This document shows, one piece after another, positions 9,520-19,949 of a stretch of DNA of 56,674 nt. The DNA comes from Flavobacteriales bacterium. GTDB lineage: Bacteria; Bacteroidota; Bacteroidia; UBA10329. Under the pieces are notes generated by a model, which made no database searches, was not told the DNA's origin, and was given only the letters and a program-made list of their open reading frames with translations. The position numbers were made by a program, and so were the translations under genes. The stretch covers positions 1 through 56,674 of the forward strand of contig JBDNJH010000176.1 in NCBI GenBank assembly GCA_041687875.1. Direction: 5' to 3'. Numbering within the stretch: position 1 is the first letter of the stretch; every line of letters starts with the position of its first letter.

Positions 9520-10359
9520 ATGATAAAAAGACTTCTACTACTTAGTGTACTTATCGTAAATGCGATAGGCATTTCTCAGGCCCAGATTGGTACTGGTGGT
9601 GTTTACGGATCTATTGTCGATGATAAAGGCGAGCCCATTCCATTTGCCAACGTGGCCATTCTCGAAGCTGGTCAAGTGGTGACTGGTAGCACCACCGATT
9701 TTGACGGTAACTACAAAATCAAATCCATTAAACCAGGTAACGACTACACCATTAAAGCTTCTTCTGTTGGTTTTACTGCTCAAGAAAAAAGAGGTGTCGT
9801 TATTAAAGGAGGGTCAAACATTGAGGTAAAGTTCGAAATGTCGGCTGGTGTTAAACTGGATGAAGTGGAGATTGTGGCCTATGTAATTCCCTTAATTGAA
9901 AAGGATGGAGGCAATTCAGTAACTGTTTCTGGTAAGGATATAGAAAAGATGGCTGGTAGAGGTGCTGCCGTGGCCGTTACTACCGTGGCCGGTGTTCAGG
10001 ACAACGATGGTCAGATTGGTAGTATCCGTGGAACGCGTGAGGGGTCAACAAACACATTCATTGATGGGGTTAGAGTGCGAGGATCATCGAATATTCCACA
10101 AGCTGCAATTGAGCAGGTTACGGTCGAAACTGGTGGTATTTCTGCTCAGTACGGTGATGCAACTGGTGGCGTTATTTCTATTACAACCAAAGGAGCTTCT
10201 AGGGTAACGTATGGTGGAATTGAGGTTGTAAGTTCAGGTGGCATTAAGTATGGCGATCAGAACAAATACCTTTTTGACCCACAAGGGTATCACCTAATTG
10301 CAGGAAATATTTCTGGTCCACTCATCAGTATAAAGGACAGAACTGACCCTGAAGGCTAG
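9520..10359 (+). CDS. N-terminal part (signal peptide, CarboxypepD_reg-like domain, plug) of a large TonB-dependent-receptor-like outer-membrane protein
   Basis: 279 aa. Signal peptide, then YGSIVDDKGEPIPFANVAIL...TDFDGNYKI (carboxypeptidase-regulatory-like beta sandwich), then plug-like TVSGKDIEKM...GSIRGTREGSTNTFIDGVRV. Ends at TAG 10357-10359, which is in frame with the next ORF. Confidence 0.75.
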   Translation: MIKRLLLLSVLIVNAIGISQAQIGTGGVYGSIVDDKGEPIPFANVAILEAGQVVTGSTTDFDGNYKIKSIKPGNDYTIKASSVGFTAQEKRGVVIKGGSNIEVKFEMSAGVKLDEVEIVAYVIPLIEKDGGNSVTVSGKDIEKMAGRGAAVAVTTVAGVQDNDGQIGSIRGTREGSTNTFIDGVRVRGSSNIPQAAIEQVTVETGGISAQYGDATGGVISITTKGASRVTYGGIEVVSSGGIKYGDQNKYLFDPQGYHLIAGNISGPLISIKDRTDPEG

Positions 10360-10374
10360 GCAAAGAAGCCGATT

Positions 10375-13248
10375 ATGGGTTATTTCCTAGCTGGCGAGAT
10401 TAACTATACTCAGGATCCACGTCCTTCAGCCATTGGGTCTTACTATGTTAAGGAAGATGTGCTTCAAAGTTTACGAGACGAACCAATCGTTCAGTCTTCT
10501 ACTGGGGCTTCTATTCTACGTTCGGAGCTTATCCGAAAAGGCGATTTGGAATGGACAGAGCAGCGAAGAAATACACGAAGCAGAGGAGTTGTTGCATCAG
10601 GAAACCTAGATTTCTATCTCCCTGGCGATGTAACTCTGAAAGTTGGTGGTAACTTGGATTTTAATGATAACCGCATTTACGACTATAATGGGTCACTATT
10701 CAACTTTGATAATAACGGAGAGGTGGTAAATAAGACTTGGAGGGTTTATGGCCGTTTTACGCAGCGTTTTACCCCAAAGGCTCCTGCCGAAGGTGAAAGA
10801 ACAAAGAAATCAGCCATCGGTAGTGCTTACTACAGTATTCAGGCAGATTACTCCAGTACAACACAGAGAACTCAAGATGATGAGCACGAAGATGAACTAT
10901 TCCGATATGGCTATGTGGGTAAATTCACCACCTTCAAAGAAAAGACGTACGGCTTTGGTATTGATGAGGTAACAGGTCTTCCTGGTTTTATTCAAGGTCC
11001 AGACCGAGATACATTGATTGCATTTGAAGGATCCGATGTCAATTCGTCTCTATCAGCTTACACCGAACAATACTACGCTCAAAATCCTGATCCAGATGGA
11101 AAGTACCGTAATATGACACAAATCGATCAGGATAGAGGCGCCCTAAGAAACGGTGATCTTCCGCGAAGCGTATATGCTCTTTGGGACAATACAGGAAATC
11201 AGTATAACAGCTTTAGCAAATTAGATCAAACTCAATTCAGAGTTATGGCAACAGGTTCATTTGATATAGGAAATCATTCTATTTCTCTGGGTTTTGAATA
11301 TGAGCAACGAAGCGATGCGTTTGTAGGCTACTCGCCATATACCATTTGGACACTTACTCGGTTATATGCGAATAGTCACCTCGCGCAACAAGACACGGAT
11401 AATCCAATTATCCATTTTGATTCGAATGGCAACTATACGGATACCATTTCTTACAATCCACTTTACACTCCAGATAACGAGTATTCTCAACGAGGAGAAG
11501 GTCAGTATTATATAGACCACAACATTCGTGAGGCTCTTGGTCTTGATCCTACTGGAACCGATTGGATTGATATTGATTCGTATGACCCTGATTTTTATGA
11601 CATCAGTTGGTTCAGTGCAGATGAACTCCTAAATAACGGAAATAACTTGGTCAATTATTTTGGATTTGATCATACTGGACAGCGATTAAAAGGACGTCCA
11701 TCTTTCGATGATTTCTTTACAGAAAGAGATTCTTATGGCAACCTAACACGAAAGATTGGTGCGTTCCAACCAATCTACATGGCTGGATATATTCAGGATG
11801 AATTTACTTTCAAGGACCTTATCTTCCGTATTGGTGTTCGTGTTGACCGATATGATGCCAACCAAAAGGTATTGAAAGACCCTTACCTACTGTACGAGGC
11901 ATTTACCGCAGGAGAAGTAACCGTTCTAGATGGTGTAGCTCAAACACACCCAGGTAACATATCAAATTCTGCTGTTGTTTACGTAAATGATGTTTCAAGC
12001 CCAACCGCTATTGTCGGTTATCGTGAAGGGAGTGTTTGGTATGATGCGCAAGGGATTGAACTGTCAGACCCATCAATATTGCGAACTGGAAGCGGAATAG
12101 CACCGTATTTAATTAACCCAGATCAGGAAGTAATCTCTTCAGGAGCATTCAAGGATTATGTACCTCAGATTAACGTGATGCCCAGAATCTCATTCTCATT
12201 TCCTATTTCTGAGAATGCACTCTTTTATGCTAACTATGATGTTCTAACACAACGTCCGCTTGACGGGAATAGATTGGATTTGATTGATTATCTCTATTTG
12301 GAGAATAGAACAGATCGGGTAAATAATCCTAATCTGAAGCCAACAACTACGATTGAGTATGCTATCGGATTTAAGCAAACACTTGGCAAACGATCGGCCA
12401 TCGAATTAAATGGTTTCTACCGTGAGATGAGAAATCAAATAGCCACGGTGCGTGTTACTGAGGCATATCCAAGAACCTACACCACTTTCGGAAACCTGGA
12501 TTTCGGAACGGTAAAAGGACTTACTGTGTCCTACGACCTTCGTAGAACCAAAAATATTCAAATGCGATTGGCATATACACTTCAGTTCGCTGACGGTACA
12601 GGTTCAAGTGTAGAAACAAGCGTTGGCCTTGTAAACGCAGGGTTTCCTAACCTTAGAGTTATTCAGCCACTCGATTTTGATCAACGACATAACGTTGTTG
12701 TTTCTGCTGATTACCGATTTGGTGAAGGAAAGAACTACGATGGCCCCAAAACCGTTACTAAGGGAGGAAAAACCATCAATTGGTTACAAAACTTTGGTGT
12801 CAATGCCATTATCCGCGCAGGTTCTGGTAATCCTTACTCACGTCAATCCAACACAATTCCAATAGCCCTAGGTGGTAACACATCCTTCATTCAGGGTTCA
12901 GTTAACGGCTCAAATCTTCCATGGCAGTTTAGAATTGATATGAGAATTGACAAGGATGTTAATATCAAGTGGAACAAAGGCAAAGAAGGTAAGCCAGCAA
13001 AAAGATCCACCTTGAATATCTACGTGGATCTTCAAAACCTACTTAACACGGCCAACGTGCTAGGTGTGTATCGCAAAACAGGTAATCCAAGTGACGATGG
13101 TTATTTGGCAGATGCCGCAAGTCAAACCTCAATTCAATCTCAAACTGACGAACAATCATTCCGTGATCTGTATGCAGTAGCTATTAACAACCCATTTAAT
13201 TTTTCGCGCCCGAGAAGGGTTAGATTGGGTCTTATGTTAAACTTCTGA
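10375..13248 (+). CDS. barrel part of the same TonB-dependent-receptor-like outer-membrane protein
   Basis: 957 aa in the same reading frame as the 9520 ORF. No signal peptide of its own. Ends RVRLGLMLNF (terminal aromatic residue typical of OM beta-barrels). Confidence 0.75.
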   Translation: MGYFLAGEINYTQDPRPSAIGSYYVKEDVLQSLRDEPIVQSSTGASILRSELIRKGDLEWTEQRRNTRSRGVVASGNLDFYLPGDVTLKVGGNLDFNDNRIYDYNGSLFNFDNNGEVVNKTWRVYGRFTQRFTPKAPAEGERTKKSAIGSAYYSIQADYSSTTQRTQDDEHEDELFRYGYVGKFTTFKEKTYGFGIDEVTGLPGFIQGPDRDTLIAFEGSDVNSSLSAYTEQYYAQNPDPDGKYRNMTQIDQDRGALRNGDLPRSVYALWDNTGNQYNSFSKLDQTQFRVMATGSFDIGNHSISLGFEYEQRSDAFVGYSPYTIWTLTRLYANSHLAQQDTDNPIIHFDSNGNYTDTISYNPLYTPDNEYSQRGEGQYYIDHNIREALGLDPTGTDWIDIDSYDPDFYDISWFSADELLNNGNNLVNYFGFDHTGQRLKGRPSFDDFFTERDSYGNLTRKIGAFQPIYMAGYIQDEFTFKDLIFRIGVRVDRYDANQKVLKDPYLLYEAFTAGEVTVLDGVAQTHPGNISNSAVVYVNDVSSPTAIVGYREGSVWYDAQGIELSDPSILRTGSGIAPYLINPDQEVISSGAFKDYVPQINVMPRISFSFPISENALFYANYDVLTQRPLDGNRLDLIDYLYLENRTDRVNNPNLKPTTTIEYAIGFKQTLGKRSAIELNGFYREMRNQIATVRVTEAYPRTYTTFGNLDFGTVKGLTVSYDLRRTKNIQMRLAYTLQFADGTGSSVETSVGLVNAGFPNLRVIQPLDFDQRHNVVVSADYRFGEGKNYDGPKTVTKGGKTINWLQNFGVNAIIRAGSGNPYSRQSNTIPIALGGNTSFIQGSVNGSNLPWQFRIDMRIDKDVNIKWNKGKEGKPAKRSTLNIYVDLQNLLNTANVLGVYRKTGNPSDDGYLADAASQTSIQSQTDEQSFRDLYAVAINNPFNFSRPRRVRLGLMLNF

Positions 13249-13275
13249 TAGTTTGAAACGAAAAAATTAAAGGTC

Positions 13276-16200
13276 ATGTCAAAACAAGTTAAAGTATTAG
13301 TAATTGCAGCGATTATGATTAGCATCGCTAATCTATCATTCGCAGAAAAGACAAGAGGTCTTGGAGATTCTGGCAACAAAACATCAGGGCCTAAAGACCT
13401 TGCTGCAGATTGTGCTCCTCCGGCTGGGAATATTAATCTCGAACTCAATAATGTTCGCGCCAAAATTCAGACTGGAGGAGATATGTGGCAGGATCTTGCC
13501 ACAGGAAATCCATCTTATGAAGTGCCAAAGAATGGAGGCGTTCATTCCATATTCTCTGGTTCGCTTTGGATGGGAGGAGTGGATGTTAACAACCAATTGA
13601 AGGTGGCTGCCATGAAATTCCGTCAGGGAGGATATGACTTCTGGCCTGGCCCACTAAATACGACAACTGCGGAGATTGACCCACAGACCTGTGCCCAATA
13701 TGATAAGTTTTTCCGTATTACAAGAACCGAAGTGGATGAATTTGTGGCATGGTACCTCTGTTCTCAAGATCCAGATTGCGATGAAGGCATCGACTATGCA
13801 GGCTATTCAATCCCCGCTTCAATTCTAAACTGGCCAGCTCACGGAGATGTGGCCATGGGACAAGACTACAACTTGGCTCCGTATCATGATGCGGATGGTA
13901 GTGGAAACTACAATCCAGAAGATGGTGGTGATTATCCATATTACGACCTCAATCCATCAGAATTTAATTGTTTGATTGATAGAGAAGTTAAACTTTTCGG
14001 TGATGAAACACTTTGGTGGGTATTCAACGATAAGGGAAACATCCATACCGAGACAAATGCAAACCCTATTGGTATGGAGATTAGAGCTCAGGCTTTCGCA
14101 TTCTCTACCAATGATGAGATAAATGACATGACCTTCTATAACTATGAGCTTATCAATCGAGGTTCATTTACCCTGAACAATACGTACTTTGCACAGTGGG
14201 TTGATCCCGATCTTGGATTTCCTCAGGATGATTATGTTGGTTGTGATGTAAGACGTGGACTAGGATATTGCTACAATGGATTTGCGGTTGATGGAACTGG
14301 TGGGCCTCAGCAATATGGTGCCAATCCTCCAGCCGTAGGGGTTGACTTCTTTCAAGGGCCATACCAAGATAACGATGGAGTGGATAATCCGCTATACACC
14401 AATGGTGAAGTGGCACAGGCCATTAGCGAAGGCGGTATCGTTTATAAAGGTATCGGTGTTGGATACGGAGATGGTAAAGTAGATAACGAGCGTTTTGGTA
14501 TGAGAAGGTTCGTATATCACAATAACGCAGGTCAAGGAAACCAAGCAACTCAGGATCCGAATACCGGAGCGGATTACTACAATTACATGCGTGGTATTTG
14601 GTTGGATGGCGCTCCTATGTGCTACGGTGAGACAGGACATCCAAGTGGTGGTTGCGATCAAGGAACATTGGCAGGCTATATGTTCCCTGGCGATTCTGAC
14701 CCGTTTGGTTGGGGAACCGGAGGGTCAATCCAGCCTACCTGGACCGAACAAAGCGCAAACACTGTCCCTTTCGATAGAAGGTTTATGCAATCAGCTGGTC
14801 CGTTCACCTTGGAGCCAGGTGCGGTTAACGACATTACGGTAGGTGTCGTTTGGGCGCGTGCCACAAATTCATCTGACCCCTACGAATCGGTAGAAAAGCT
14901 TCGAGTGGTAGACGATAAGGCACAATCGCTGTTTGATAACTGCTTTGTTCTTATTGACGGGCCAGACGCACCCGAATTGAGCATTGTAGAATTGGATAGA
15001 GAATTGATTCTTACGCTGTTTAACCCATCTTCTTCAAACAATAAGAATGAAGATTATGCGCAAATCGACCCGTTCATTGCGTTAGACCCACCAAACATCA
15101 CAAACAATATTTTCAGGTTTGAAGGGTATCAGATATTCCAATTGAAGAACGAAAGTGTTTCTTCATCTGAGCTCAACAATCCAGACGTTGCACGTATGGT
15201 AGTTCAATGTGATATTAAGAACATCGACCCACTTACCAATCAGCCAATTGGTCAGCTTGTAAACTTTACTTTTTCAGAGGAGTTGAATGCGAGTATTCCA
15301 GTTGAAATGGTAGATGGTTCGAATGACGGCTTGAAGCATTCATTCAAAATCGTACAAGATCAGTTTGCAACCACCGACCGACAGTTGGTTAATCACAAGA
15401 AGTACTACTTCATGGCGGTGGCCTATTCTTACAATAACTTTAAAACATACGATCAGACCGATCCACTACAATTAGATGGTCAGAAAGCACCGTATTTGGC
15501 TGGACGTAAGAATGCTTTTGGAGGTGCAATTGCTTCAGTAGTTGCCATTCCGCACAAAACCGAGCCAGAGCAACGCGGAACCGTTCTTTATGCTGAGTAT
15601 GGAGACGGCCCGATGTTAACACGGGTCGAAGGTCAAGGAAACGGAGGCCGCAACCTTACACTTGTTCGGCAGAGCATCCGAGACATTCTTGCTAGCCCTG
15701 ATGGGCGTGCAAAAGAAATTACCTATGCTAACGGTGCAGGCCCAGTTGATATTAAGGTTATCGACCCTAAAAATCTTCCTAACGCTGATTTCGTGTTCAA
15801 AATGAACGATTCTATCACACTTGGAGACCTCAGCGATGCATATTGGACATTGGAATGTATCGGAGGCAATTGCCCCCCACTAGTGTCTCAGGTTTCTGAC
15901 TCATTGAAGGTTTGGTCTTCAAAACCGAATGGACTTTCTAACGGAAATGAGCAATTGATTCCGCAGTGGGGGCTTTCCGTTTTCTTAGAGCAGACAATAG
16001 ATCCGGAGTGTAACAACAACGAAGCGGTAATAGACGGTCGTATCAGCTTTTCAGGAACAAAATTTTGGTTGACTGGAATTCCTGATGTTGATGGTACATC
16101 TCCCCTTAACTGGATTCGCAGTGGTACTGTTGATGGAATTGATTACGGGTGCGATGATGAACAGATTTACGAAAAAATACTGAACGGTACATGGGCACCC

Positions 16201-17328
16201 TACAAGTTGGCAAGCCACGCTGATAGTGTGATGTCTCCAAGTTGGAGCAAGTTCAAAACACTAAACGATCTTGAGAATTTGGCAAGTGTGGATGTGGAGA
16301 TTACGGATGATAAATCAAAATGGACACGCTGTCCAGTATTTGAAACGGGTGACTCGTATAATAGTCAGGGAGTTCCGTATCTGCCTTCTATCGGAGGGGC
16401 AAAACGCTTCAACCTGCGGATGAGTCCATCTGTGGATAAGGAAGGAAAGCCAGACGGATCAGGCACAATGGGAATGGGATGGTTTCCAGGGTTTGCTATC
16501 AATGTTGAAACTGGCGAGCGATTGAACATGGCGTTTGGTGAGAATTCTTGGTTGCAGCAGAGCAATGGTGCAGACATGATATGGAATCCAACGGATGAGT
16601 TGTTCGGAAACTTCAATCAGGATCTTGGCTTCCCAGATCCAATTTTTGGAGGAGGTCATTACATCTACGTGTTTGGACATAATGGCGATAGCCCGAATGA
16701 CGATGTGCCAGCTTATGACGAAGGAGCTTTCATCTACAGCAAACTATCTGAAAACAATTTCGATCCGGGCGATCCGTCAAAAAGACGTGTGTTTAAGGAT
16801 GCTATGTGGGTCGGCATGCCTTTGCTTGCTCAAAATGGCAAATTGCTAGAGAATATTGTGAATTTCAGCTTGAGAGTAACCAAACCTTATAGGCAGAATT
16901 TTGCTCCGGGTTGGTCAGTTGCTCAACCTGAGAACGACAACCTTCCGATGTACACCTTCTCAACATCTGATTTTGCAACAGTAAGAACCGATTTGCCAAC
17001 TGCTGAGAGTGCTTTAGACATTATTCGTGCTGTTCCTAATCCTTACTATGCACATTCTGGATATGAGCAAACACAGCTTGATAATGTTGTAAAAATCATC
17101 AATCTACCAGTAGAATGTACGGTTAGTATCTACACGGTGAATGGAATTCTAGTGAGAAGGTTTAAAAAGGATTCACCAATCACATCATTGGATTGGGATC
17201 TTAATAACCACCAGAAGATTCCGGTAGCCAGTGGAGTGTACCTGATTCATATTGATGCTCCTGGCATTGGAGAAAAAGTGATAAAATGGTTTGGAACCAT
17301 CCGACAACTCGATTTGAACTCGTTTTAA
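13276..17328 (+). CDS. 1350-aa secreted protein with T9SS-type C-terminal domain
   Basis: Signal peptide (IANLSFA). The last ~100 aa (AVPNPYYAH...VSIYTVNGILV...SGVYLIHIDAPGIGEKVIKWFG) fit the T9SS type-A CTD pattern. No catalytic family recognised by eye. Confidence 0.8.
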   Translation: MSKQVKVLVIAAIMISIANLSFAEKTRGLGDSGNKTSGPKDLAADCAPPAGNINLELNNVRAKIQTGGDMWQDLATGNPSYEVPKNGGVHSIFSGSLWMGGVDVNNQLKVAAMKFRQGGYDFWPGPLNTTTAEIDPQTCAQYDKFFRITRTEVDEFVAWYLCSQDPDCDEGIDYAGYSIPASILNWPAHGDVAMGQDYNLAPYHDADGSGNYNPEDGGDYPYYDLNPSEFNCLIDREVKLFGDETLWWVFNDKGNIHTETNANPIGMEIRAQAFAFSTNDEINDMTFYNYELINRGSFTLNNTYFAQWVDPDLGFPQDDYVGCDVRRGLGYCYNGFAVDGTGGPQQYGANPPAVGVDFFQGPYQDNDGVDNPLYTNGEVAQAISEGGIVYKGIGVGYGDGKVDNERFGMRRFVYHNNAGQGNQATQDPNTGADYYNYMRGIWLDGAPMCYGETGHPSGGCDQGTLAGYMFPGDSDPFGWGTGGSIQPTWTEQSANTVPFDRRFMQSAGPFTLEPGAVNDITVGVVWARATNSSDPYESVEKLRVVDDKAQSLFDNCFVLIDGPDAPELSIVELDRELILTLFNPSSSNNKNEDYAQIDPFIALDPPNITNNIFRFEGYQIFQLKNESVSSSELNNPDVARMVVQCDIKNIDPLTNQPIGQLVNFTFSEELNASIPVEMVDGSNDGLKHSFKIVQDQFATTDRQLVNHKKYYFMAVAYSYNNFKTYDQTDPLQLDGQKAPYLAGRKNAFGGAIASVVAIPHKTEPEQRGTVLYAEYGDGPMLTRVEGQGNGGRNLTLVRQSIRDILASPDGRAKEITYANGAGPVDIKVIDPKNLPNADFVFKMNDSITLGDLSDAYWTLECIGGNCPPLVSQVSDSLKVWSSKPNGLSNGNEQLIPQWGLSVFLEQTIDPECNNNEAVIDGRISFSGTKFWLTGIPDVDGTSPLNWIRSGTVDGIDYGCDDEQIYEKILNGTWAPYKLASHADSVMSPSWSKFKTLNDLENLASVDVEITDDKSKWTRCPVFETGDSYNSQGVPYLPSIGGAKRFNLRMSPSVDKEGKPDGSGTMGMGWFPGFAINVETGERLNMAFGENSWLQQSNGADMIWNPTDELFGNFNQDLGFPDPIFGGGHYIYVFGHNGDSPNDDVPAYDEGAFIYSKLSENNFDPGDPSKRRVFKDAMWVGMPLLAQNGKLLENIVNFSLRVTKPYRQNFAPGWSVAQPENDNLPMYTFSTSDFATVRTDLPTAESALDIIRAVPNPYYAHSGYEQTQLDNVVKIINLPVECTVSIYTVNGILVRRFKKDSPITSLDWDLNNHQKIPVASGVYLIHIDAPGIGEKVIKWFGTIRQLDLNSF

Positions 17329-17366
17329 AAGGTTAGTCCGAATAGTTTCCATAGAAGAATAAGAAT

Positions 17367-18452
17367 ATGAGAAGAATAGTAAGAATAGGTTTCATTGCAC
17401 TCTGTAGCGGTGTGTTTGCATTCCCATCGTTTGCAGGCAATTCAGACCGTGCCGGACAGGCTGGGGCTACGGAATTGCTCATCAATCCTTGGGCAAGGAG
17501 CTCTGGTTTTGCCAGCGCAAACACGGCTTCGGCAAGAGGTTTGGAGGCTCAATTTCTCAATGTGGCAGGTATGGCCTTCACCACAAAAACAGAAATTCTG
17601 TTTTCAAACACGCAGTGGCTGGTCGGGTCTGGTGTAATGATTAATTCTTTTGGTCTTTCTCAGAAAATCGGTGAAGCGGGCGTTATTGGTGTTAGTGTAA
17701 TGAACATGAGTTTTGGCGACATTGACATCACCACTTCAGAATTGCCTGACGGTGGAAATGGAACCTTCTCTCCTAATTATCTCAACATTGGAATCTCCTA
17801 CGCTAAGAGCTTCTCAAACAGTATCAATGGAGGAATTACTGTTCGGTTTATCAATCAGAACATTTCTAACCTAAGTGCCTCTGGAGTTGCCTTTGATGCT
17901 GGTATTTCTTATACCACCACATTGGGAAACAGAGACAAAGAGAAAAATAAGGATAATGTTCAGTTTGGTATCTCGTTAAAAAACGTAGGTCCACCAATGA
18001 AGTATAGTGGAGATGGGCTTTCTGTACGAGGCACAGTTCCGGGAGGAGATAACAGCTTGACTTTGGAGTACCGTTCTGCGAAGTACGAAATGCCATCATC
18101 TCTCAACATTGGAGTTACGTATCATTGGAGAGACAACAAATTGGTGAATAGAGTTACCGCAGCTGGTAACTTTACATCAAACAGCTTCTCTAAAGATCAA
18201 TTTAACTTCGGACTCGAGTATTCTTTCAAGGACATGTTTATGCTAAGAGGTGGATACCAACTTCTATTCGGCAAGGGAGGAAACGACATTGCAACTTCTG
18301 CTTTGGTTGGCCCAACCGCTGGAGCAACTGTTGAGTTTGGTCTTGGTAAGAAGGGTGCCGACAAAAAGACAAAGTTGGGTATCGATTATTCTTATAGACT
18401 CACCAATCCATTTACAGGAGTTCATGCAGTAGGGCTTCGGTTAGCATTCTGA
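17367..18452 (+). CDS. PorV/PorQ-family-like outer-membrane beta-barrel
   Basis: 361 aa. Signal peptide (AFPSFAG). N-terminal AGQAGATELLINPWARSSGFASANTA resembles the conserved PorV/PorQ start. Ends GLRLAF. Confidence 0.6.
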   Translation: MRRIVRIGFIALCSGVFAFPSFAGNSDRAGQAGATELLINPWARSSGFASANTASARGLEAQFLNVAGMAFTTKTEILFSNTQWLVGSGVMINSFGLSQKIGEAGVIGVSVMNMSFGDIDITTSELPDGGNGTFSPNYLNIGISYAKSFSNSINGGITVRFINQNISNLSASGVAFDAGISYTTTLGNRDKEKNKDNVQFGISLKNVGPPMKYSGDGLSVRGTVPGGDNSLTLEYRSAKYEMPSSLNIGVTYHWRDNKLVNRVTAAGNFTSNSFSKDQFNFGLEYSFKDMFMLRGGYQLLFGKGGNDIATSALVGPTAGATVEFGLGKKGADKKTKLGIDYSYRLTNPFTGVHAVGLRLAF

Positions 18453-18476
18453 GCATATATTCTTAACTTTATTGAA

Positions 18477-18510
18477 AGAATCCCGATATAATTCGGGATT
18501 CTTTTGTTTT
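18477..18510 (+). terminator. intrinsic terminator after the three-gene OM module
   Basis: agaatcccg / cgggattct 9-bp stem followed by ttttgtttt. Confidence 0.7.
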
Positions 18511-18533
18511 ACACACCACTAACGTGAGCGACC

Positions 18534-19001
18534 ATGAGTACCTATTTAACGCAGGAAGGACTAGATAAGCTAAAGAAGGAGATTGATCATTTGAGAAGAG
18601 TGGAGCGTCCGTCCATTTCGCAACAGATTGCAGAAGCAAGAGATAAGGGAGACCTTTCTGAAAACGCGGAATACGATGCCGCCAAGGAAGCACAAGGCTT
18701 GTTAGAATTGAAAATTTCTAAGCTAGAGGCTACGTTGAGCGATGCCGTGGTGATAGATGAATCTAAGTTGGACACCGATAGAGTGCTTATTCTTAGCAAG
18801 GTGAAGCTTAAGAATCAGAATAACGGAATGGAAGTAGAATACACCATCGTTCCGGAAACAGAAGCAGACTTGAAGGCCAAAAAGATTTCGGTAGAATCGC
18901 CTATTGGCAAAGGACTTTTAGGAAAGAAGCTAGGTGAAATGGCTGAAATTCAAGTGCCTAACGGAACCGTGAAGTTTGAGGTTATTGCCATTGGCAGATA
19001 G
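18534..19001 (+). CDS. greA: transcription elongation factor GreA
   Basis: 155 aa. YLTQEGLDKLKKEIDHL...GDLSENAEYDAAKE matches the GreA coiled-coil signature. Confidence 0.95.
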   Translation: MSTYLTQEGLDKLKKEIDHLRRVERPSISQQIAEARDKGDLSENAEYDAAKEAQGLLELKISKLEATLSDAVVIDESKLDTDRVLILSKVKLKNQNNGMEVEYTIVPETEADLKAKKISVESPIGKGLLGKKLGEMAEIQVPNGTVKFEVIAIGR

Positions 19002-19002
19002 A

Positions 19003-19398
19003 ATGGCAAGCATTTTTACCAAAATTATCAATGGCGAAATTCCGTGCTACAAAGTAGCCGAATCGGAAACCTGCTTTGCATTCTTAGACATCAATCCACT
19101 TTCAAAAGGGCACACGCTTGTAGTTCCCAAAAAGGAAGTTAACTACATTTTCGATGTAGAAGATGAACTTTACTTGGACTTGATGCTATTCGCCAAAAAA
19201 GTAAGCAAGGCAATGGAAAAGGTGATTCCATGTGCACGAATTGGTGTTACCGTAATTGGACTGGAAGTGCCTCATGCACATGTTCATCTTATTCCCATAA
19301 ATGGAATTGGCGATATGAATTTTGCGAAGCCAAAATTGAGCTTTTCCAAAGACGAGTTGGCAGAAGTGGCACAGAAAATAGCAGCCGAAATTCGCTAA
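19003..19398 (+). CDS. HIT family protein
   Basis: ATG at 19003 gives MASIFTKIINGEIP.... Histidine triad HAHVHLIP present. The ORF-track start at 18976 overlaps greA and is less likely. Confidence 0.9.
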   Translation: MASIFTKIINGEIPCYKVAESETCFAFLDINPLSKGHTLVVPKKEVNYIFDVEDELYLDLMLFAKKVSKAMEKVIPCARIGVTVIGLEVPHAHVHLIPINGIGDMNFAKPKLSFSKDELAEVAQKIAAEIR

Positions 19399-19949
19399 CC
19401 TTTCCTGTCGGGATTTTCTTTAATGAAGGAAGCCCAACCCGAATAACTTTTGGAGCTTGATGATACGCCAGAACTATTGAAATGATGGCAAACAGCAGCG
19501 GCCAGTCCATCGGTTGCATCAAGCGGAAACCCTTCCATTTTTGTTTGCAGAAGCGTTTCCAACATGCCGCTTACTTGCTCCTTGCTGGCATTTCCATTTC
19601 CGGTAATTGACTGCTTTATCTTCTTAGGCGAATATTCCGAAATGGGAATGTTCTGAGACAATGCAGCTGCAATGGCAACGCCTTGAGCTCTACCTAGTTT
19701 GAGCATAGACTGCACATTCTTGCCAAAGAAAGGTGCTTCAATGGCCAATTCATCAGGATGATACTCGCGGATTATCTCAATCGTTCGGTCAAAGATCTTT
19801 TTCAGTCGGGTTGGATGATCTTTCATCTTATCCAACTTTATTACACCCATGGCCAGCATGGTCATTTGCTTTCCTTGGATATGGATTAACCCATAACCCA
19901 TGATTACCGTTCCAGGGTCGATTCCTAATATGACCTTATCCGTTTTCAT
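19395..19949 (-). CDS. ruvC: crossover junction endodeoxyribonuclease RuvC
   Basis: 184 aa. ILGIDPGTVIMGYG start and overall RuvC pattern. Confidence 0.93.
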   Translation of the reverse strand: MKTDKVILGIDPGTVIMGYGLIHIQGKQMTMLAMGVIKLDKMKDHPTRLKKIFDRTIEIIREYHPDELAIEAPFFGKNVQSMLKLGRAQGVAIAAALSQNIPISEYSPKKIKQSITGNGNASKEQVSGMLETLLQTKMEGFPLDATDGLAAAVCHHFNSSGVSSSSKSYSGWASFIKENPDRKG

